DNA of 64,000 bases from Octopus vulgaris. Its lineage: Eukaryota. The translations under genes were made by a program, and so were the position numbers. The stretch lies in assembly GCA_951406725.2 (NCBI GenBank), contig OX597827.1, positions 8,556,001 through 8,620,000 on the forward strand, written 5' to 3'. Below, piece after piece: positions 54,554 through 64,000 of the stretch. Within the stretch, counting starts at the first letter, position 1, and every line of letters begins with the position of its first letter. The notes beneath the pieces were generated by a model. That model did not search any database. It had not been told where the DNA came from and worked only from the letters and a program-made list of their open reading frames with translations.

Positions 54554-54812
54554 GCAGTAAACACTGTAGTATTCAATGCTGAAATAATTACATAACAATG
54601 GTAAAAACATTATGAAATCATGCACTTCACTTCATCAGTGTCCTGCAATGTATATCTCTATCGATGTTGTATTTATTGCAAGACACTGATGAAGGCTGGT
54701 GCTTGATTACATAACATTTCTGCTTCTATAATGTAATCATTTCGGCATTTTAGCAAAACATGTGTATGTCTCCCAAATTACTGAATACCACACCTCTTTT
54801 CTGTTTATTGTT
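54554..54812. mobile_element. Old degenerate foldback with CTGATGA core (Penelope-like pLTR pair)
   Basis: cttcatcagtgtcctgcaat / attgcaagacactgatgaag inverted arms extending imperfectly ~90 bp; right arm reads gaca-CTGATGA...AAAA-catgtg-TA-tgtc. Confidence 0.45.
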
Positions 54813-55921
54813 GTTTTTATGTCTTAGCTTGCATTCCACACACTACTAGGCAATCTGAAGGTTGGTGCCTCATGTTGCACTACACTGGATACTGGAGTGG
54901 AGTGTGGTGCTTTATAGGTGCCACTAGTACAGGTGCATTTTATGTGGCACCAGCACAGGTGCTTTTTATGTAGCACCAGTAATGGTGCATTTTAGATGAC
55001 ACCAGCACCTGTGGGTTGCCAAGTAGCTTACAAAACAAAGACATCCTGGCTGAGAGAGGAAGCGAAACTGAGAGAAATAGCCATGTACCAGGCAAGAGGC
55101 TGGAGCATGATAGCTGTCTTACTATAGAGGAGATACTTGGCTATCCCAACAGGACAAGGATGGAGGAGAGGAAGCTGGGAGAGAGTTAGAGAGGAAGATG
55201 GAGAGATAATCAGAGAGAGAGAAGGTCTACCCACAGGGAACAGTTGAGGGAGTATAAGTAGAACAGAAAGAATAGAGAGTGGGGAGGTTCAATAAGAATG
55301 TAAGCAGGGAGGATTAGAGATGGTAAATGATAGGGAGAGGAATTGGGGTGACTGGAAGCTGGATGCGGAAGATGTGAGAGCATGGAGAGTGTGTAGATAG
55401 GCACATGAGGGAGAGTGGAAGGGACTGCATTGGGTGGCGAGGATGCTGGAGAGCCGAATATATATATATATTTGTTTGCGTGACTGAAGTTCCCTTTGTT
55501 TAGACATCATGTGATGGTTGTAAATGTGAATCACCATCATACAAACGACATTATTCATTTCCAGTCTTCAAAGGAAGACTTCAGGCTATGGAGAATAATA
55601 TTTTGCATGGAAACAGGTTAAGGTTGGTCAGAAAAAGGTCATGAGGGTTGTGAAAAATCTGCTGCAACAAATTCTGTCTCACCCATGCAAGCAGACATTA
55701 AATGATGATGTGAGTGGATATATATAGTTGTATGTATATATGTTTGTGTGTTTATGAAGAAAATGCTAGAAATAAAGGTATACTTTGAATGAATTTATTT
55801 GTGATGTTTGTTCTAAAATGGTCTACAGACACCTGCTTGTCATTCTCACCATCAGAAACAAGGTGACCCAATGACTGATCCACAGGAAACCTATAACCCA
55901 CAATGCCATTTCCCCCATATG

Positions 55922-55958
<37 letters not shown>

Positions 55959-55959
55959 C

Positions 55960-56405
55960 TCTTGTCTTTTGCTGGTTTCAGTCATTTGACTGTGGCCATG
56001 CTGGGGCACCACCTTGAAGGGTTTTAGTCGAAGTCAACCCCCAGAACTTCTTTTTTTTTAAGTTTGGTACTCATTCTAGTGGTTTCTTTTGCTGAACCAT
56101 TATGCTATGGGGATGTAAACATACCAGAAAGTGGTGGTAGTGGTGGGGTGGGGGACAAACGGAGACACAGACACACATACACATAAATATATACATATAT
56201 ACATATATATATACACACACACATGCACACACACACACGTATGTACACAATGGGCTTCTTTCAGTTTCTGTCTACTACATCCAATCACAAGGCTTTGGTC
56301 GAGGCTATAGTAGAAGACACTTGCCCAAGGTGCCACGCAGTGGGACTGAACTCGGGACCATGTGGTTGGTAAGCAAGCTACTTACCACACAGCCACTCCT
56401 AAGCC
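55960..56405 (-). mobile_element. SINE family A
   Basis: Head, CORE-like block and tail are recognisable. Confidence 0.8.
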
Positions 56406-57114
56406 TATAGAAAATTAGCTACACATCAAAATTGTGTCAGATGATCATAACAGTACACAGAAAACTAAAAATCAGTTTTGCAATAAACAAGTGGTGCACA
56501 TCTATTTTCTTCATACTATAATTTCGTCTGAGCACTGAAGTACATTTGCTGGACTTTTATAATATTCAGCAAATAACTAATATCTTGAAATGGAATCTGC
56601 TGATACAAACATTCAATATCAAATATCACTAATATATTCTGAAATAATTTTGCTGTTATTGCTGCATACTCAAACGGTAAAGAAGTTCACTTTGAAACCA
56701 TGGAGTCATGGGTTCTGTCCTACTACGTCGTAAGTGTCTTAGGCAAGTGTCTTCTACCATAGCCCTAAATCAGCTAGCACCTTTTTTGAGTGAACTTTGA
56801 GAGAAGTAATATCCAGAAGCCCACAGTGTGTATGTATGTATGTATGTATGTATGTATGTATGTATGTATGTATGTATGTGTGTATGCATGTATGTGTGTA
56901 TGTATGTATGTATGTGTGTATGTATGTACGTATGTATGTATGTGTGTATGTATGTATGTATGCATGTATGTATGTATCTGTGCATGTATGTATGTATGTA
57001 TGTATGTATGTATGCATGTATGTATGATTTTCTCATTCTCTTTTTAAACTAGAGTAAATTTTGACCAGCTGCCAACTTGTTAGCAAAATTGTGTGGGAAA
57101 AAACTCGTTTAATC

Positions 57115-57285
57115 CGTATCCTTTAAATGGTAAGAAGGTCTTAAAGATTTTTATAGACCCAGATATCACAGTCATTTTTAGCATATGAATTAAGGATTTG
57201 CATTCTCTCCCCAAGATCCTAAGTTCAGCTATACTTTGCTCCATACGGGTTGGTATGTATCCCTTTGCTCCATTAATATGTAAGA
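57115..57285 (-). mobile_element. Second, divergent R4/Dong-like C-terminal fragment
   Basis: INGAKGYIPTRMEQSIAELRILGRECKSLIHMLKMTVISGSIKIFKTFLPF aligns with IIGALGFVSKCLKENLDKLGFSEREINQLIRTL*VQSVSGTVKICKTFLKF of the adjacent copy. Confidence 0.6.
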
Positions 57286-57300
57286 AGCTGATGTATGTAT

Positions 57301-57830
57301 ATTTTTTTAATTATCATAAATCTTCCACTGAGGAGAGAGCTGGTTTCCAACAAAGATACAAGGATCTATCTTTGGGATGTAGTTAACACAGACAAATTCA
57401 CATTTGGAACTTGAGAAAAGTCTTGCATATTTTTACTGTTCCACTCACAGATTGCACTTATAATGTACGAATTAGTTGGTTGATTTCTCTTTCTGAAAAT
57501 CCCAGTTTATCCAGATTCTCCTTTAAGCATTTACTAACAAAACCTAGTGCTCCAATTATTATTGGTATGGTATGAATTTATAGTCTGGATATAGAAGCTG
57601 AAGGTTTTGAAGCAGTTGTCCATAGAGATCCTCTTTTCCTTTGATTTTTCAAAGAGATATTTATATCTGCAGGGCAGCTGACCTCTATAATGGTACATAC
57701 CTTTGCCCATCTGCCCCAAAAAACAATATCCAGCATCTTATGTTTACATTTGACAGAAGTTTTGATGGAAATATTCCACTAGTATTCCTTGAGTTGGTGT
57801 TTATGAATATATTCCATAAAAGAGAAATTT
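57301..57830 (-). mobile_element. 3' end of an R4/Dong-like non-LTR retrotransposon (restriction-like endonuclease domain), decayed
   Basis: Minus-strand translation EY*WNISIKTSVKCKHKMLDIVFW...CTIIEVSCPADIN...KEDLYGQLL...PIIIGALGFV...SGTVKICKTFLKFQM* (stop at 57398-57400), with frameshifts; short 3' UTR and A-rich end. Confidence 0.8.
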
Positions 57831-58151
57831 TTAAAGTTTATTTCAGTTTATTTCAATTTATTTCATATGCATGTATGTTATGTCACTTTTAGTGCTGTTG
57901 GTGACATATAATGCAGTACAACTCGTCACATGGGCTGTCAGCAACTAAACTATCAAGTCTTCTTTGTAAGGAGAGTTGTTTTCATTGGACATCCTGCAGA
58001 ACATAAGACAAAGCCTGTCAATGGACAAGGGAGCTCAGTAGGGTCAACAACCATTTAATAGCCAGGAGTGAGAGAATGATTACAGGTATGTTCACCACCG
58101 TCAATTTCCTATGAAGAAAGTTCATCATGAGGAAAGTTGACCAAGAAAATA

Positions 58152-58513
58152 TCACCATTTGAGTGTGATCGTTACCAGCATCACCTTACTGGCACATGGA
58201 AAACAACATTTGAGTGAGGTCGTTACCAGTGCCACTGGACTGGCTCCTGTGCAGGTGGCAAATAAAAAACACCACTTGAGCATGGCTGTTGCCAGTACCA
58301 TCCGACTGGCCTTCGTGCCGGTGGTATGTAAAAGCACCCATTACACTCTCGGAGTGGTTGGCATTAGGAAGGGCATCCAGCTGTAGAAACTCTGCCAGAT
58401 CTGATTGGAGCCTGGTGCAGCCATCTGGCTCGCTAGTCCTCAGTCAAGCCATCCAACCCATGCCAGCATGGAAAGTGGATGTTAAACGATGATGATGATG
58501 ATGATGATGATGA
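58152..58513 (+). mobile_element. Retroposon family E
   Basis: Same conserved block and (GAT)n tail. Confidence 0.75.
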
Positions 58514-58982
58514 CTATCTCACCATTAATAGTTAAAAACTATTCTATTGATAAAAGAAAATGGTGAATTGATGACAATGAACTTTCCTTGCAGTGAATTG
58601 ATGACGATGAACATACCTGGTATGAATGAGAGACCCCTAGTTTTGTTTAGATATCTCTCTAAGAGAAAGGAAATCCTGCAATAACACCTGCTTGATTGTA
58701 AAGTCAGAGATCTTGATTTTGTTTGTTTCTGGACTACTTGGCACGTAGGCGAGAGTCTTGGTATTGTTTTGCAAGCTGCTATTGACTTTAAACTTTAGCA
58801 TGTCGATTGCTGACAACAGTTGCCTTTAACAACTAGAATATGACAATAATTTGTCAGTTATGATCACACTCATTTATACGTCGATAGCCACCATGTATGT
58901 AAACGTGTATATATGTGTATATATTGTATGTAGGTATGAATGTATGTATGTGTGTATGTATCTATGTATGTGGTATGTATGT

Positions 58983-59211
58983 GGTGAGCTGGCAGAAATG
59001 TTAGCATGCCAGGTGAAATGCTTAGCGGTATTTCGTCTGTCTTTACATTCTGAGTTCAAATTCGGCCGAGGTCGACTTTGTCTTTCATCCTTTCGAGGTC
59101 GATAAATTAAGTACTAGTTATGCACTGGGGTCGATGTAATTGACTTAATACCTATGTCTGTCCTTGTTTGTCCCCCTCTATGTTTAGCCCCTTGTGGGTC
59201 ATAAAGAAATA
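58983..59211 (+). mobile_element. SINE family B
   Basis: Matches 14981-15211; TSD ggtatgtatgtg at 58972-58983 / 59212-59223. Confidence 0.85.
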
Positions 59212-59530
59212 GGTATGTATGTGTGTATATGTGCATATTTTGTGTATGCATGTATGTGTATGTATGCATCCTGTGTGTATGTTAGTGGATGTGTACATCT
59301 TAGGGTTTACCTCTCTGTGTTTTGTCTCTACATGTCACCATTAACAACTAGCTTTAGTTGGTTTTTGTCCCTGTTCCTGAGTAGCCTGGCACAAATTACC
59401 ATTGATGGAATATGTACTGGAGTTGACTTGATTGACTATAAACCATTCCAGATAGTCTCCATAAATGGCCACAATTCAGTAAACTAGTAAATGAGTAAGT
59501 AAATGTACCAGACTGTACATTTGTTGATTT

Positions 59531-59910
59531 GGAGGCGCAATGGCCCAGTGGTTAGGGCAGCAGACTCTCGGTCATAGGATCGTGGTTTCGATTCCCTGAC
59601 CGGGCGTTGTGAGTGTTTATTGAGCGAAAACACCTAAAGCTCCACAAGGCTCCGGCAGGGGATGGTGGTGATCCCTGCTGTACTCTTTCACCACAACTTT
59701 CTCTCACTCTTACTTCCTGTTTCTGTTGTACCTGTATTCCAAAGGGCCGGCCTTGTCACTCTCTGTGTCACGCTGAATATCCCCGAGAACTACGTTAAGG
59801 GTACACGTGTCTGTGGAGTGCTCAGCCACTTACACTTCACAAGCAGGCTGTTCCGTTGATCGGATCAACTGGAACCCTCGTTGTCGTAACCAACGGAGTG
59901 CTTCCCGTCC
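59531..59910 (+). mobile_element. SINE family C (tRNA-derived head)
   Basis: A box TGGCCCAGTGG, B box GGTTTCGATTCC; TSD acatttgttgat at 59517-59528 / 59911-59922; homolog at 27748-28141. Confidence 0.85.
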
Positions 59911-60221
59911 ACATTTGTTGATGTAAAGAGAGAAAAAAAATGCTTAAAAATTAAATAATTTAAAAACAACATCCACACGAAAATCAATAGCTAAGTTATT
60001 GGTAACATATTTAATACAGGAAATATTAAAATGCTAACTAGAAATAATTATGGTAATATCAGAAATCCAAGTAAATGGATAGCAGTCTGCATTAGTAAGA
60101 GTTAATCAATAAATGTACATAGGTAAAAAAAAAAAAAAAAATGGTAAGGATTTGATGCAGCCTGAGTATTGAAAAATTCATTTCAGATTCTTACCCTTCC
60201 TTACAGAGAGAATATCATTGC

Positions 60222-60272
60222 CGTTGTCGTCGTCATCATCATCATCATCATCATCATTACTAACATCATCAC

Positions 60273-60319
<47 letters not shown>

Positions 60320-60696
60320 CATCCACCATCATCATCATCATCACTTCCATCATCATCATCATCATCATTGTCGTCGTTGTCATCATCATCGTCATTGTCA
60401 TCATCATCATCATCATCATCATCACATCCACCATCATCATCATCATCACATCCATCATCATCATCCTCATCATCATCATCATCATCATCGTCATCATCAT
60501 CATCATCACATCCACCATCATCACCATCATCATCATCACTTCCATCATCATCATCATCACCATCATCATCATAATCATCGTCGTTGTCATCATCATCATC
60601 ATCATCATCATCACATCCGCCTTCATCATCACTTCCATCATCATCATCATCATCGTCGTTGGCATCGTCGTCATCATCATCGTCATCATCTTCATT
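60222..60696. repeat. Compound (CAT)n trinucleotide repeat
   Basis: ~475 bp of (CAT)n with recurring cacatccac/cacttc interruptions; source of the poly-D/M/I/S ORFs. Confidence 0.95.
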
Positions 60697-61095
60697 GTCC
60701 ATTTTAATGTCCACTTTTCAATGCCGACATAGGTCAGGGTGAATTTTTTGAGGTACATTTTCTACAGCCAGGTGTTCTTCTTGTCACCAGCACTCACCTG
60801 TTTCCCAAGCAAGGTAAATATTTCCCCATGGCCAGACATGTTTTCACAGAAGATTGGATATGAACAACATCACTTGTATGATGATGTTCATTTACAATGA
60901 TCATGTGGTGTCATAACAAGGATATGCACAAATACACACATGTACCTTGGGCAAATGTTTTCTGCTATAGTCTTGAGCCATCAAAAGCCCTGTAAGTAGA
61001 TTTGATGAGAGAAGCTGACAGAAGCCTATCGTGTGTGTGTGTGTGTGTGCGTGTGACTTTGTGTCTATGTTTACCTCATACCATTTTTTTTTTTT

Positions 61096-61288
61096 TTACT
61101 TGTTTCAGTCATTTGATTGTGGGCATGCTGGAGCACCGCCTTTAGTCGAGCAAATCGACCCCGGGACTTATTCTTTGTAAGCCCAGTACTTATTCTCTTG
61201 GTCTCTTTTGCCAAACCGCTAAGTGACGGGGACGTAAACACACCAGCATCGGTTGTCAAGCAATGCTAGGGGGACAAACACAGACACA

Positions 61289-61332
<44 letters not shown>

Positions 61333-61501
61333 CATATATACGACGGGCTTCTTTCAGTTTCCGTCTACCAAATCCACTCACAAGGCATCGGTTGGCCTGG
61401 GGCTATAGCAGAAGACACATGCCCAAGATGCCACGCAGTGGGACTGAACCCGGAACCATGTGGTTGGTTAGCAAGCTACTTACCACACAGCCACTCCTTG
61501 C
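61096..61501 (-). mobile_element. SINE family A
   Basis: Full-length match to other copies. Confidence 0.9.
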
Positions 61502-62865
61502 TTGACAATTGCAGTTGGTTTGTTTATGTCCCTGTAACTTAATGATTTGGCAAAAGAGACATAAAAGTACGAAACTTACGAAAACAAAGAAGTGGGGTCA
61601 ATTTATTCAACTTGAAATTCTTGTGAGAAACTATGTGTGTGAAAGCTTACATTCACACATGCAAATGACATCATACTTTTGCATGAAACCATTTGAGCAA
61701 ATATGTCCTGTAGCTCTGAGCTATCAACTTGTGATAACCAGTGAAATAAAAGAGACCTTTTAAAAAAGCAGGAAAAGTTGGCTGTGAAGCACTGCTCTGA
61801 CACATCTTGTACCAACCCATGCTAGCATTAAAGGTGGACGTAAAAGCAATTGGCTGCAGTGGGGATTTCCTCTGCTATCTTTTTACCTTTTACTTGTTTC
61901 AGTCATTGAACTGCAGCTATGCTGGGACACTGCTTTAAACGGTGTCAGTTGTACAGATCAATTCCAGTACTTGATTTTTTAAGACTGGTACTGATTTTAT
62001 TGTCTATTTTGCTGAACTGCTTAGTCACAGATTTGGTTAAAAAGAGACAATGAGCAATGGCTATAAGGATATTGAGCTTTATTTGATAACCAGCTGATCT
62101 TGCAAGCAGGGCCTCATATCAGTGAGGGAGGCCGGTGCACATTGATGCCGTCGAGAGGTAGGCCCTGAAACGGTGCCCATTCTCTCCTGATGACCCCATA
62201 CACTTGCTGGCTTCTGGTATGCAGAGTTTTTGACTGGTAGCACTTGCATGTGCAAGTTGTTTGCATGACAACTAACATTACTCATCAAGTAGGGGTGAGG
62301 TGACAAACATGGACACAAAGACAAACAAATACACACACATACTCACACGCACACACTCACACACATACACACACTGACACACACTCTCACACAAACACAC
62401 ACATATATACATATACATAACAGGCTTCCACAGTTCGTGGAATTTCATTCACATGACAGTAGTCAACCCTGAGATATAGACGACACTTCCTCAAGATACC
62501 ATCCAATGAGATTGAACCTAAAACTAGGTGGTTGCAAAACAAGCTACTTATCTTCAAAACCATGCCTGCTACTCCTGTATCTAAAAATATATGGTAATTA
62601 GAAAATCCCATTTTCTTTAAATGAAACAAGTAATTTGTTTTGTTTTTTTTCCATTTCATATGATGAACATACGATTAAATATAGCAAAAAAATTTGGAAA
62701 GGAATTAGATTAGATCTAAGCATTTTCAGCCTTATAGACAAGTCAACTTAAGATGAAATTGCATAAGATATATTTGAGTTAGTAAATGTATATATCTTTG
62801 TCATCCTTAGCATGAAGAAAAAACAGCAAATAATACAAAGAATGAAGATTAACAAGAGAGTGTAA

Positions 62866-62899
<34 letters not shown>

Positions 62900-63153
62900 C
62901 TTGATGACATCTGGTGATCCATCTGCTAAGAAATCGTGTGGAGATAAATGGGATATTTCTGGCTGTGCATGAATAGCCAATAGCATAAAGCAGCAAGGTG
63001 TGAGTTTAATGTACAGCACTTTACTCACACTTTCCATATTGACAGTTTTTCGCTTCGTATTTGCATATATGTGTGTGTATGTATGAGTGTGTGTTCATGT
63101 GTATGTGTGTGTATATGTTTGTATTTCCAAATGCACATACATAACACACACAC

Positions 63154-63256
<103 letters not shown>

Positions 63257-63259
63257 TAT

Positions 63260-63291
<32 letters not shown>

Positions 63292-63437
63292 AGATAAAAC
63301 TTGAGTTTCAGATGCCAAAGTGAAATCCACAACACCATCTCTCGGTTATCTGGCTATTTCTAATGTAACATATTGTATAGATAAATTTCCTCTATTTACA
63401 TAATATTGAGGTCTTCTTTCTTTTTTATCTTACGTTT

Positions 63438-63540
<103 letters not shown>

Positions 63541-64000
63541 GGATAGATAGATAGATAGATATACAGGCATACACACACACAAAAATAATAAGAAATTTAT
63601 ATTACAGGGAATTAACTCCAATGTATATTATTACAGTCCAAATTATACTTTGGAATTAATTCAGTGTAACATATAATAGGAAAACTGCATTTTGCTATTT
63701 TTCATATTTCTTGACTTATGCAGAATACTTTTAATGTGTGTGTGTGTGTGTGTGCATGGAGCCACTTAATGGACAGTTATTGCAAAACAGGGGTGATAAT
63801 AATTTCTTCATAATTATTATCTTGAACTTGAAATTTAAGGAATAAAGAAGATTCATGGAATATAGATATTTAATTTTTTTGCTTGTTTATTTTTGAAAGT
63901 TTCGAGATATCCAGTCATATAAAAAGCAGGTTTAGCACCATATTGTTCTTATATATATGAAACTGTGGAAAGGAGAACTCAAAGGAGTACAAATTAAGAA

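Noticed and set aside
60169-60758. Poly-Asp/Met/Ile/Ser ORFs (resemble acidic biomineral proteins)
   Set aside because: (CAT)n repeat at the end of a decayed retroposon; no splice or signal-peptide context.

Overview
AT-rich, microsatellite-saturated animal genomic DNA, most likely from an Octopus species (inferred from the protocadherin type and the SINE families). There is one clear protein-coding unit: a large minus-strand protocadherin exon (23956-21536) encoding a signal peptide, 6 cadherin repeats, a TM helix and the start of the cytoplasmic tail, with credible splice sites on both sides. I also infer a 5' non-coding exon and promoter near 31.6-32.0 kb, and a terminal coding exon (38631-38357, ending ...KPLPALP...) of an upstream same-strand gene, probably the neighbouring protocadherin in a tandem cluster. 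The rest is intronic or intergenic: at least five SINE families, two decayed Tc1/mariner transposons, non-autonomous Helitrons, hAT and piggyBac MITEs, CR1 and R4/Dong LINE 3' ends, a tRNA-Gly(GCC) pseudogene and minisatellites. The most notable signals are (1) several distinct minimal type-I hammerhead-ribozyme-like motifs of the Penelope type, one with an intact U3-A8 covariant core inside a near-perfect 340-bp foldback, (2) a tail-less SINE whose three TSDs all begin with GGTAT, (3) a perfect 123-bp inverted duplication abutting the tRNA pseudogene, and (4) a CR1 insertion with a stuttered target/element junction. Nearly all other ORFs in the track are microsatellite or SINE artefacts. Everything was read by eye, so repeat boundaries are approximate.
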